DNA of 64,000 nt from Thermomicrobiales bacterium (GCA_039809985.1 JBDHWC010000004.1:1405-65404); one strand, 5' to 3'; positions 19,079 through 30,420 are shown, counted from the first letter of the stretch. Program-made: numbers and translations. The notes: generated by a model not told the origin, from the sequence alone.

Positions 19079-21214
19079 ATGACGATCACGGCGGAGACCC
19101 CGGAGGTTCTCGGCGGGGGGGAGCCGGACGATTGGAACGAGGGCGATTCGCTGGCGGGGCACCCGCGCTTCCGGGACCTCGTCGACCGCGCCACCGGGCC
19201 GGTCGGGCGGGTGGTCGGCAGCGAGAAGGAGCCGGCCGGCGGCCACGCCTTCGCGATCTGGGTGACCGAGGAGGCGCGCTCGCTCGACACGGGCCACATC
19301 GTGGTCGCCTTCAGCGAGGAGGCGGCCGTGATCGGCGTGCTGGACGAGGCCCGCCGCTTCTCCGACCTGAAGAGTTTCCTCGACGACTACTTCGACCGGA
19401 TGGGAGAGGAGGAGCCGGCGAGCACGGTCCACGCCAGCGCCCGGCCGGAGATCCTCGTCTACACGGTCAGCGTGCTGGCGACGAAGCACCTGCGGGACGA
19501 CGTCGACTCGCAACGGCCCCCCGTCGGTGGCCCGGTCTGGTTCGCGACCGAGGCGGCGCTCGACTACGCGCTCGGGGTGAGCGAGTTCTCGGGCGTCAAG
19601 ATCCCCGTCCTGATGCACACCAACGGGAACGCCAAGCGCGGCGACGATGGGGAGCCGCTGCGCGACGCGGCGGGGAACGTCCGCTTCCAACAGTCGCCGA
19701 TCTACCTCGACTCCGACTACCTGCTCGGGCCGGAGGCGGGCCACGCCAACTGGACCGGGCAGTCGGGCCTCGCGACGAAGACGAGCCACGCCCTCTTCCT
19801 CACCGCTGCCGCCTTCCAGACGATGCGGCGGGCCGCGAAGCCGAAGAGCGTGGCGGCGCTGATGTTCAACGTGAAGGGTGCCGACCTGCTCTGGCTCGAC
19901 AAGCCGGTGGTGCCCCCGGAGGGGATGGACGAGGCGTACGCCGCCGCCGACGTGCGAGGACTCTCGGCCGACGACCTCGAGGCCTACGCGGCGCTCGGCT
20001 TGGACCCGGTGCCGTTCGACAAGCTCCGCATTTTCGCGCCGTTCACCGCCGGCAGCCTGCCGAACGGGGCAACTGTGAGCCTGAGCCAGACGAACGCCGC
20101 CGGCGTGCTGGACACCCAGCGGTCGCGCGAGTCGGAGGCGACCGGGGTGGTTTTCCCGATCGCGTGGGAACTGGGTCGCCTGCTGGCGATGCCGCACCGC
20201 GTGTTCGAGTACGGCGACCTCGACGACAAGATGTTCGGCTTCATCGCCGAGCTGCGGGCGATGCAGGTCACCACCGTCAAGCAGTTCGAGGCGAAAATCG
20301 ACGAGATTCTGGCGTGGTTCAACGCCCCGGAGAACGCGGCGGCGGCGCGCGACGGCTGGGAAGGTCACAACAAGATGACCATCCTGAAGGCGCGCAACCG
20401 CATCCAAGGGCTCGTCGCGAAGTTCGGCGGCCTGCTGGCCGAGGGCAACGTGGCCCAAGGGTCCGTGCCGCTCGTCGACGGCCCGTTCGAGGACCAGGAG
20501 GTCCGGGTCGTCGACATCGCGGGCTGCAACTCGAACGTGCAGGAGGTGCTCGTCTCCTCGGTGGTCACCTCGCTCTGGCGGCTCGCGGAGCAGAAGAAGC
20601 TCGGCGTCGACAAGGTGATCGTCTTCGTCGACGAACTCAACAAGTACGCGCCGGGCGGCAGCGAGAGCGCCCTGCGCGACACGCTGGTCGACATCGCCGC
20701 CCGCGGCCGGCACCTGAACGTGGTGCTGTTCGGGGCCCAGCAGTTCCGGTCGAAGGTCGACGACGAGATCCTCGGCAACTGCGGCACGTCGCTCTACGGA
20801 CGAGTGGGGGACGAGGAGATCGTCAACAGCGCCTACCGTTCGCTGACCGAGGGGACGAAGCAGGAACTGCTCGGCCTGAAGAAGGGACGGCTGCTGGTCC
20901 GGCACGCCCACTTCCGGACGCCGCTGTTCGGCCGCTTCCCGCGCCGCGCCTGCCTCGACGGCATTCAGGGAGTCGAGATCTTCAACCTGGCCACCACGAA
21001 CGGGCCGCGGGAGGCGGACGGGCTCTGGCGGGCGCTGAAGGCGAAGATGGGCGACCGCGCGCCGTCGCTGCGGGACGTGCGCGCTGCCGCCGACGGCTTT
21101 GATCGGCGCGACTTGGAAAAGATCATCGGCCAAGTGCAGAACATGGCCTTCGCCCCGCCGCGTTCCGACCCCTGGCGCACCGCGCAGCGACTGCTCTCGG
21201 AGTACCGCTCGTGA
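19079..21214 (+). CDS. herA: HerA/FtsK-superfamily (DUF87-like) hexameric ATPase
   Basis: The N-terminus looks like a HAS barrel ('GRVVGSEKE..HAFAIWV...GHIVVAF'). Walker B is 'VIVFVDELNKYAP', followed by 'ARGRHLNVVLFGAQQ'. Walker A is atypical ('GQSGLATKTS'). GTG 19067 is an alternative start. Confidence 0.7.
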   Translation: MTITAETPEVLGGGEPDDWNEGDSLAGHPRFRDLVDRATGPVGRVVGSEKEPAGGHAFAIWVTEEARSLDTGHIVVAFSEEAAVIGVLDEARRFSDLKSFLDDYFDRMGEEEPASTVHASARPEILVYTVSVLATKHLRDDVDSQRPPVGGPVWFATEAALDYALGVSEFSGVKIPVLMHTNGNAKRGDDGEPLRDAAGNVRFQQSPIYLDSDYLLGPEAGHANWTGQSGLATKTSHALFLTAAAFQTMRRAAKPKSVAALMFNVKGADLLWLDKPVVPPEGMDEAYAAADVRGLSADDLEAYAALGLDPVPFDKLRIFAPFTAGSLPNGATVSLSQTNAAGVLDTQRSRESEATGVVFPIAWELGRLLAMPHRVFEYGDLDDKMFGFIAELRAMQVTTVKQFEAKIDEILAWFNAPENAAAARDGWEGHNKMTILKARNRIQGLVAKFGGLLAEGNVAQGSVPLVDGPFEDQEVRVVDIAGCNSNVQEVLVSSVVTSLWRLAEQKKLGVDKVIVFVDELNKYAPGGSESALRDTLVDIAARGRHLNVVLFGAQQFRSKVDDEILGNCGTSLYGRVGDEEIVNSAYRSLTEGTKQELLGLKKGRLLVRHAHFRTPLFGRFPRRACLDGIQGVEIFNLATTNGPREADGLWRALKAKMGDRAPSLRDVRAAADGFDRRDLEKIIGQVQNMAFAPPRSDPWRTAQRLLSEYRS

Positions 21215-22395
21215 GCGAGTCGATCCGTCTTGCCCATCTGGCAGACACCCACCTCGGGTACCGCGGTCCCGGGGGGGTCGACGCCTTCGGTCGCAACCAG
21301 CGGCTCGTCGACGTCGAGCGGGCGTTCGAGGCCGCGCTGGCCGCGATCATCGACGAGCGACCCGACCTCGTGCTCCACGCCGGCGACCTGTTCCACCACA
21401 CCCGGCCGACGTGGGACACGGTCGGGCACGTGGTCCGCCAACTGCGCCGGCTCGAGGCCGCGGGCATTGCCTGCTTGGTGATCGCCGGCAACCACGACAC
21501 GCCCCGCCTGCGGACCAGCAGCTCCGTCTTTTCCCTGCTGCGGGAGATCGTGCCGGGGGTTCGCTTCGTCACCGGCTACGAGAAGGAGGAGGTCCGGTAC
21601 GACGACCTCGGCCTCGTCGTCCACGCCATTCCCCACGGCGCGCTGACCGACCACGACGAGCCGACCCCGGCCTACCGGCGCGAGCAGCGCAACGTGATCG
21701 TCACCCACGGCCTCGCGCCGCGGGTCCAGTTGCGCGGTCCGCACGAGCCGGGCGAGGAACGGTTGCCGGAGAACCTGCTCGACCCCGACTTCGACTACAT
21801 CGCCCTCGGCCACTTCCACGAGTGGGGCGACCAAGGGCGCAACGCGTGGTACAGCGGCAGCACCGAACGGTTCGGCTGGGGCGACCTGCCGGCCGAGCCG
21901 GGGTGGAACCTCGTCACCCTCGGGCCGCCGGGGGCCGCGTCGGTGGTCGAGCACCGGCCGGTGCCGGCGCGGCCGATGGCGCGCATCCGCGACCTCGCGG
22001 TCGGCGAACGGACGGCGCAGGAGATCGTCGACGAGGTGCTGGCGCAGCTCGAGGCGCTGGGCGACCCGGCGGCGATGGTCAGGGTCGAGGTGGTCGGGGC
22101 GGCGCGCCCGGTTCGCCGCGAGGCGGCGGCCCTGCTCGCCCAGCAGGTCGGCGGGCGGGTCTGGCACGTCGACCTCGTGGCCCCGGGCGACCCGGTGATC
22201 GGCCGCTACGACGGCGACCACGAGGCGGTGACCGACGTTCGGGTGATGTTCGGCCAGTTCGTCGATGACCGGGTGCGGGAGCGCGTCTACGGCGACGACT
22301 TCGCCGCGCGCTTCCGCGAGCGCGGGATGCGGGCGCTCGACGAGGCGATGGAGGCGGCGCGAGAGGCGACCGTCGATGAGGAAGGCGCAGCGTGA
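21211..22395 (+). CDS. mre11: Mre11/SbcD-family metallophosphoesterase nuclease
   Basis: Motifs seen are 'LAHLADTHLG', 'VLHAGDLFH', 'LVIAGNHD', 'VTHG' and 'ALGHFH'. The start overlaps the herA stop as GTGA. Confidence 0.85.
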   Translation: MSESIRLAHLADTHLGYRGPGGVDAFGRNQRLVDVERAFEAALAAIIDERPDLVLHAGDLFHHTRPTWDTVGHVVRQLRRLEAAGIACLVIAGNHDTPRLRTSSSVFSLLREIVPGVRFVTGYEKEEVRYDDLGLVVHAIPHGALTDHDEPTPAYRREQRNVIVTHGLAPRVQLRGPHEPGEERLPENLLDPDFDYIALGHFHEWGDQGRNAWYSGSTERFGWGDLPAEPGWNLVTLGPPGAASVVEHRPVPARPMARIRDLAVGERTAQEIVDEVLAQLEALGDPAAMVRVEVVGAARPVRREAAALLAQQVGGRVWHVDLVAPGDPVIGRYDGDHEAVTDVRVMFGQFVDDRVRERVYGDDFAARFRERGMRALDEAMEAAREATVDEEGAA

Positions 22396-25229
22396 TCCTC
22401 CTCTCGCTCGAACTGGAGAACTACCGGCAGTACCGAGCCGAGCGGATCGAGTTCCCGGAGCGGGGGATCGTCGGCGTCGTCGGCGCGAACGGGGTCGGCA
22501 AGACGACGCTGTTCGAGGCGATCGAGTGGGCGCTCTACGCGCCGCGGGAGATTCCCAGTCCCGAGGTGTCCCCGCGCGGCGTCCCCGGCAAGACGAAGGT
22601 GACGCTCCGGCTCTTCGACCCGCGGGACGGGGCGACGTGGGTGGTCGAGCGCGGGCTGAGCCGGTCCGGCATCAAGCAGGGCGAGGTCTATCGGGAGGAC
22701 AACCCGAGTCTGCCGGTCGTGCAGGGCACGTCGGCGGTCACCGCGTTCGTCTCCGGGAGACTGATCGGCCTGTCGCGGGCCGCGTTCATTTCGACCTTCT
22801 TCACCCGGCAGAAGGAACTCGGCTTCTTCGGCGCGATAGGCGCGACCGACCGGCGGCGCGAGGTGTCGCGTCTGCTCGGTCTGGAGGTGATCCGGTCAGC
22901 CCAGTCGCGCGTCGGCGAGGAGCGGAACGCGAAGGACCAGGACGCGCGCGGCCTCGGCGCGCAGGTGGACCGGATGGCCGCCGAGCGCGACTTCGCGGCC
23001 GAGAGCGAAGCCGCGGAGCGGCGCGTCGCCGCGGCCTCTGCCGAGCGCGATGCCGCGTTGGTCGCCCAGCAGGCGGCGGTCGCGCAGCTCGACGCCGTGC
23101 GCGAGCAGTTGTCGGTGTTGCGGCAGCGCGAGAAGGTCGACCACCAGTTCCGCCTCGCCCTCTCCGTGGTCGACGGCAAGATCGCCAAGTCTCAGGCGCA
23201 ACACGACGCCGCGATGGGGCAGATCACCGAGATCGACCGACGAGCCGAGGAACTGCGGCGGCTCGAGCCGGTCGCGGCGGGCGAAGCCGCCCTTGCCACG
23301 GAGTTGCGTGGGCATGAGCGCGAGAGTGAACGCCACCGCCAAGCCGAACGGCTGAGACGGGAAGGGGACGCCGCGCGAGATCGGGTGGCTTCCGGCACCG
23401 CCGCGGTGCGGAAGATTGTCGGTGGCTTGCCGGCGGCAGCGTTGGTCGCGGGTTGGCAATGGCAGGCCGTGGACGAGACGGATCCGATGGCCGCGGTCGA
23501 ACGACTGGCCCGGGTCAGTGAGCGGGTCAGCCCCGGGCCGGCGGTTCGCCTAGCGCAGGCTGCGACGGAGAGCGTGGCACTCGCGTCGCGCCGCGACGCG
23601 GCCAAGACGCGTCGCGACCGGTGCGAGGAACTGTACGCACAGCTCGAAGAGGAGCGGCTGAACCTGCTGGCCGGAGACGACTTGGCTGGGTTGACGGCGC
23701 AGCACCGCGAAGCACTCGAGCGAGCTCAGGGCATCGTCACCGCGGCGAGAGCCAATCTGAGCCGGACGACTGCCGATCTCGACAAGATCGAACGGCTGCG
23801 GGACCGCCTGCGGGCGCAGCGGCTCGACGAGCCGTGTCCGACCTGCGGTCGCCCGTTCGACGCGTCGGACCTGGCCCTCACGGTCGATGCCCTCGCAGCA
23901 CAGGCGGATGCCATCAGCGCGGAAATCGCCAAGTTCCGCGCCGAGGCAGAGAAAGGCCATGCCGAGGTCGTTCGCCGGCAGGAGCGGATCCGGGAACTTG
24001 AGGCGCGCGCCGTTCGCGTCCGCGTGCTCGATGAGCGACTGGCGGCCGGGCGCGTGGAGGTCGCCAAAGCGGTCGAGGCGCTTCACGACAGCGAGGCGGC
24101 TCTGGCGGCATGTCTCGAAGGAGCCGGGTTCGAGAGCCTTCCGGACGCCGCCGAGCAGGCTCGGCTCGCCGACGAGGCCGCGCTGCTAGAGCAGGTGCGG
24201 GCGGCACACGACGTGCTTGCGGCCCGGGGCGAGGAGGTCGGGCGCGCGGTCCGGGACCGAGTCGAGGCCGCCGCCGCGATCGAGGCGCTCGGGCCCGTTT
24301 CGTACGACGCGGCGGCGCACCACGCGACGGTGCGGGCGCACGATGCCGCTCGTGATGCGGTCACCAAGATGTCCCTCATCGCGCAGGAGGTCGCCAAGCG
24401 GCCCGTCTGGGAGAGGCAGGCGACCGAGGCGAGCGCGAACTTGACCGACCTCGCGGCGGAGCGTGGCCGGGTCGCCGTGGCGCGTGCTGCCAACGGGCAC
24501 GATCCGGCGAAGCTTGCCGAGGCTGACGTCGAGGAGGCCCGACTCCATCGCGAGGCACAGGAGCGCAGCCGCCACCGCCACGTCGCCGAAAGCATGCTGG
24601 CCGAGGCGGTCAGCGCGGTGCAGCGGCTGCGCGAGGAGCACGACCGGTTCGCCCGCGACCGCGAGCAGGCGGTGGTCCTCCGGCGCGAGGCGGACGAACT
24701 CAGTCGGATGTACAGCGAGTTCGACGCGTTCGAGCGCTACGTCGCCGGCCAGCTCGGACCGCGGATCGCCGACACCGCCGGGGAGCTGATCGAGCGGATC
24801 ACCAGCGGCAAGTACGCGAAGGTCGACCTCGACGAGAATTACGGGGTGCGCGTCTTCGACGGCGAGGAGGCGTTCCCGATCGAGCAGTTCTCCGGCGGCG
24901 AAAAGGACGTCTTCGCGCTCGCGGCCCGACTGGCGCTCTCGCGGGTGGTCGGGGGGCAGGCGCTGAACCGGCCCCGCTTCCTCGTGCTCGACGAGGTGTT
25001 CGGCGCGCTTGACCAAGAGCGACGGCGACAGGTGCTCGACGTTCTCTGCCGCCTGACGCAGGAGAGCGAGGACTTTCGCCAGTTGTTCATCGTCAGCCAC
25101 GTCGAGGATGTCGTGGAGTCGGAGATGATGGACCAGATCTGGCGCGTCACCGAGCAGGACGGCGCGAGCCGGGTCGAGGTCTCGGTGCGCAACGAACTGG
25201 CGGAGCGGGCGGCACTGGTCGGTGCCTGA
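22392..25229 (+). CDS. rad50: Rad50/SbcC-family SMC-like ATPase with a zinc hook
   Basis: Walker A is 'GANGVGKTT'. A long coiled coil follows, with the CPTC hook at 23835-23846. The signature is 'FSGGEKDVFALAARLAL', Walker B is 'FLVLDEVFGALD' and the H-loop is 'IVSHV'. The start overlaps the mre11 stop as GTGA. Confidence 0.9.
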   Translation: MILLSLELENYRQYRAERIEFPERGIVGVVGANGVGKTTLFEAIEWALYAPREIPSPEVSPRGVPGKTKVTLRLFDPRDGATWVVERGLSRSGIKQGEVYREDNPSLPVVQGTSAVTAFVSGRLIGLSRAAFISTFFTRQKELGFFGAIGATDRRREVSRLLGLEVIRSAQSRVGEERNAKDQDARGLGAQVDRMAAERDFAAESEAAERRVAAASAERDAALVAQQAAVAQLDAVREQLSVLRQREKVDHQFRLALSVVDGKIAKSQAQHDAAMGQITEIDRRAEELRRLEPVAAGEAALATELRGHERESERHRQAERLRREGDAARDRVASGTAAVRKIVGGLPAAALVAGWQWQAVDETDPMAAVERLARVSERVSPGPAVRLAQAATESVALASRRDAAKTRRDRCEELYAQLEEERLNLLAGDDLAGLTAQHREALERAQGIVTAARANLSRTTADLDKIERLRDRLRAQRLDEPCPTCGRPFDASDLALTVDALAAQADAISAEIAKFRAEAEKGHAEVVRRQERIRELEARAVRVRVLDERLAAGRVEVAKAVEALHDSEAALAACLEGAGFESLPDAAEQARLADEAALLEQVRAAHDVLAARGEEVGRAVRDRVEAAAAIEALGPVSYDAAAHHATVRAHDAARDAVTKMSLIAQEVAKRPVWERQATEASANLTDLAAERGRVAVARAANGHDPAKLAEADVEEARLHREAQERSRHRHVAESMLAEAVSAVQRLREEHDRFARDREQAVVLRREADELSRMYSEFDAFERYVAGQLGPRIADTAGELIERITSGKYAKVDLDENYGVRVFDGEEAFPIEQFSGGEKDVFALAARLALSRVVGGQALNRPRFLVLDEVFGALDQERRRQVLDVLCRLTQESEDFRQLFIVSHVEDVVESEMMDQIWRVTEQDGASRVEVSVRNELAERAALVGA

Positions 25230-25250
25230 GGCGGCGGACGGGGGAACGAC

Positions 25251-25661
25251 ATGACCGGCGAGCAGGGTCCCGGCGCAGGGGGCGATGGTCGGTTCGTCTG
25301 GCACCCGGTCCACGCCGGCAAGAGCGCGGCCGAGGTGGGGGCCGAGATCCGGGACGAACTGGCCAGCGACCAGCGGCAGTACGCGCTGGCGCTCGAGGGG
25401 GCCGAGGGGCACGAGAACAGCGCGCTCCGCTCCGTCATCGAGCTCGACCGGAAGTGGAGTGACTACGACATGGGCTGGGCCGAGGCGGATCCCGACGAGC
25501 TGGCGGCGCGGGTGCTCGCGTTCGAGCAGGAACGCGAGCGTCGGCAGCAGATGATCCCCTACGCGGACTATCGCGAGGCGCACCGCCCGCCGGCGCCGGC
25601 CGTGCCTTCCGGCTCGGTGGTCGACCGGCTGCTGGGCCTGTTCCGCGGCCGAGGGGACTGA
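25251..25661 (+). CDS. Hypothetical acidic 136-aa protein, fifth gene of the nurA-rad50 operon
   Basis: The ATG lies 21 nt after the rad50 stop, with GGGGGAA upstream. Third-position GC is strong and the composition is protein-like. I recognise no motif. Confidence 0.55.
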   Translation: MTGEQGPGAGGDGRFVWHPVHAGKSAAEVGAEIRDELASDQRQYALALEGAEGHENSALRSVIELDRKWSDYDMGWAEADPDELAARVLAFEQERERRQQMIPYADYREAHRPPAPAVPSGSVVDRLLGLFRGRGD

Positions 25662-25679
25662 CCCGAGGTCAGTCCCCTC
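25651..25679. terminator. Bidirectional terminator hairpin embedding both convergent stop codons
   Basis: GAGGGGACTGAC-CCGAG-GTCAGTCCCCTC forms a perfect 12-bp stem. TGA 25659-61 (+) and TCA 25669-71 (-) both lie inside the arms. Confidence 0.6.
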
Positions 25680-26352
25680 GAGCCAGCGCGGCGCGGATGC
25701 CGGCCGGGTCGTCGGTGCAGAGGCCGACCGCTCCGAGGTCGCGGACCCGACGTGCCTCGGCCGGGTCGTTGACGGTCCAGACGACGACGTCAAGACCCGC
25801 GTCGGCGAGGAGCTTGGCACTCGGCTGCCGGTAGGCCTCGTGGTAGAGGGCGACGGCTGGCGCGCCGATCTCCTTGGCCACGGCGACAAGCGACGGGTCG
25901 GCGGGACCGGCGAGCGGCCAGAGTTCGGCCCCGGGAGCGAGCCGGCGAACGGCGCGCAGGATGTCCCAGTCGAACGACGAGATCGCCCACGGCGTCGTCG
26001 GGAAGCGGGCCAGCGCCTCCAGCACCTCGCGCTCCACGCCGGCCTGCTTGATCTCGATGTCGAGCCGCAGCCGTCCGTCGAGCAGGGCGAGCACCTCGTC
26101 GAAGGTCGGCACCCGTTCCCCGTTGCCGGCGTCGAGGCGGCGCAGTTCGGCCAGGGTCAGGGCGTCGACGGTGCCCGTGCCGTTGGTCGTGCGGTCGAGT
26201 TCTCGGTCGTGGATGACCACCGGCATGCCGTCGGCGGTGGCGTGGATGTCGAGCTCGACCCCGTCCGCGCGGTCGTCGACCGCGCCTTGGAAGGCCGCGA
26301 GCGTGTTCTCGGGCAGGCGGGCGGACGAGCCGCGGTGCGCGTAGACGAGCAT
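25669..26352 (-). CDS. Glycerophosphodiester phosphodiesterase
   Basis: The start is ATG 26352 ('MLVYAHRGSSARLPENTLAAF...GVELDIHATADGMPVVIHD'). The track ORF is artificially extended to 26577. Confidence 0.85.
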   Translation of the reverse strand: MLVYAHRGSSARLPENTLAAFQGAVDDRADGVELDIHATADGMPVVIHDRELDRTTNGTGTVDALTLAELRRLDAGNGERVPTFDEVLALLDGRLRLDIEIKQAGVEREVLEALARFPTTPWAISSFDWDILRAVRRLAPGAELWPLAGPADPSLVAVAKEIGAPAVALYHEAYRQPSAKLLADAGLDVVVWTVNDPAEARRVRDLGAVGLCTDDPAGIRAALARGD

Positions 26353-26454
26353 GACCTCGGACCCTCCAGTGCGTCGGCTGCCGCCGGCGCGGCACGAGAG
26401 TGGATGATCGCACCTCGGCGCAGGCGGTGGGCAGCACCGCCGAGGGGTCATCAA

Positions 26455-26484
26455 CTTGACACGAATCGTATCAAGAACTATCAT
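26455..26484 (+). promoter_or_regulatory. Sigma-70-type promoter overlapped by a HAIR-like (HspR) inverted repeat
   Basis: The -35 TTGACA (26456-61) and the -10 TATCAT (26479-84) are separated by 17 nt. The inverted repeat CTTGACA-N7-TATCAAG (26455-26475) compares with the HAIR consensus CTTGAGT-N7-ACTCAAG. Confidence 0.55.
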
Positions 26485-26511
26485 GTTGGCAAGCCATAGG
26501 GGGTTGACATC

Positions 26512-26880
26512 GTGGTGGGTCGCCAGGGCGAGCCGGTCTTCGTCATCAGCGTCGCGGCGCGGTTGCTGGAGATGCACCCGCAGACGCTACGGAAATACGA
26601 GCGCGAGGGGCTGATCCTGCCGTCGCGCACGGACGGCAACCTGCGGCTCTACTCCGACCGGGACATTGAGCGGCTGCGCCAGGTGAAGTACCTGGTTGAG
26701 GAGTGCGGCCTCAACCTCGCCGGCGTCCAGCTCGCGTTGCAGCTGACCAACCGGGTGCGCGCCCTGCGCGAGTCGTTGCCGGGCGAGCGGGGGGCCGTCG
26801 GCATCAGCGCCGAGGCGGTCTCCGCCGAGCTCGGCACGGTGTTGGCGATGCTCGGCGTGCGCGAGGAGAACGAACGGTAG
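26512..26880 (+). CDS. hspR: MerR-family heat-shock repressor HspR-like
   Basis: It contains '[46 protein letters not shown]' (MerR HTH) and lies directly upstream of clpB. Confidence 0.8.
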   Translation: MVGRQGEPVFVISVAARLLEMHPQTLRKYEREGLILPSRTDGNLRLYSDRDIERLRQVKYLVEECGLNLAGVQLALQLTNRVRALRESLPGERGAVGISAEAVSAELGTVLAMLGVREENER

Positions 26881-27016
26881 CGCGCGCCGCGCCGTCCCCG
26901 TTCGCCTCGCTCTGAGGCCGAGCGCGGGGGCACGTTGCTTGCCGACGGCCCAATCGGCGCGGACGGCCCTCGTGGCAGCGGACCAGCAAGACCATCGAGA
27001 GAGGGGAGGGGTGCCG

Positions 27017-29623
<2,607 letters not shown>

Positions 29624-29640
29624 CCGCACGCAGGATCGGG

Positions 29641-29675
29641 CGGGCCGGGGGAGCACATCGTGCTCCCCCGGCCCG
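29641..29675 (+). terminator. Hairpin terminator after clpB
   Basis: GGGCCGGGGGAGCAC-ATC-GTGCTCCCCCGGCCC forms a perfect 15-bp stem. There is no clear U-tract. Confidence 0.65.
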
Positions 29676-29756
29676 TTCCGTGCCCGAACCGTCCGGGGCG
29701 CGAGCGGCGGCTATACTTGCCGCAGCGGCGCGGTCGGCACGACCCGGAGGTGGCGC

Positions 29757-29891
29757 GTGGAACTGGTGGGTGGCCTGATCAAGGCGGGGATCACGATTGC
29801 CGTCCTCGCGCTGATCATGATGGCGCTGGCCGCGCTCTTCATGATCATCTTCGGCATCGCGACGGGCATCGACGACAACATGACCAAGTAG
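29757..29891 (+). CDS. Small (44 aa) single-TM membrane protein, absent from the ORF track
   Basis: The GTG start lies 6 nt after GGAGG (29746-50). The peptide is 'VELVGGLIKAGITIAVLALIMMALAALFMIIFGIATGIDDNMTK', ending at TAG 29889-91. Confidence 0.5.
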   Translation: MELVGGLIKAGITIAVLALIMMALAALFMIIFGIATGIDDNMTK

Positions 29892-29900
29892 GCGACGAGG

Positions 29901-30134
29901 GTGGGCGATCTCTCGACGCTGGCCCGGTTTCTCGTCGCGGCGGGCCTTTGCCTTGCCGCGGTCGGCGGCCTGATCCTGCTGGCCGGGCGGGTTCCGGGGC
30001 TGGACTGGCTCGGTCGGCTGCCCGGCGACTTCACGGTGCGCAAGGGCCCGGTCACGATCTTCGCCCCGATTGCCACCTCGATTCTCCTCAGCCTGCTCCT
30101 CACCCTGATCCTCAACGTCATCGCGCGTCGCTGA
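29901..30134 (+). CDS. DUF2905-like small membrane protein
   Basis: The 77 aa ORF has two TM segments and the motif 'LPGDFTVRKGPVTIFAPIATSILLS'. Confidence 0.7.
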   Translation: MGDLSTLARFLVAAGLCLAAVGGLILLAGRVPGLDWLGRLPGDFTVRKGPVTIFAPIATSILLSLLLTLILNVIARR

Positions 30135-30420
30135 CCGCCGCACCGGAATCGCAGTGCGACCCGCGTCGTCCTGGACGGCGAGCGGCTGCCTGCGCCGGTT
30201 GCGCGGTCGACATCTCCTGTTGCCCCTTGTGCCCGGAGGCCCGTTCGACGCCGGTCGGCGTGCGGCCACCGTCGACCCCGGCGGGCGGCCGTCCCGCGTC
30301 GGGCAGGGTGCGGAAGGGCGCGTGGTACAGTCTCGGGACCGCCGTTCGCGGCGACCGATCCAGACCGCCGGACGTACCGGCCACGCAGTGAACGACGGCG
30401 ACGGCTGCCGTCCGGGGGTG

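Noticed and set aside
13660-19299. A 1879-aa ORF on the minus strand spanning argH, the epimerase, the deacetylase and nurA.
   Set aside because: It is an artefact of high GC, where stop codons are rare. Its translation is Arg/Pro/Gly-rich low complexity, antisense or out of frame to genes with clear motifs. Only the last 172 codons, the GNAT acetyltransferase at 13660-14178, are real.
26881-27016. A second HspR operator or an independent promoter in front of clpB.
   Set aside because: Only a distant CTTGC...GCAAG pair about 36 nt apart is present. Nothing matches the CTTGA-N11-TCAAG geometry.
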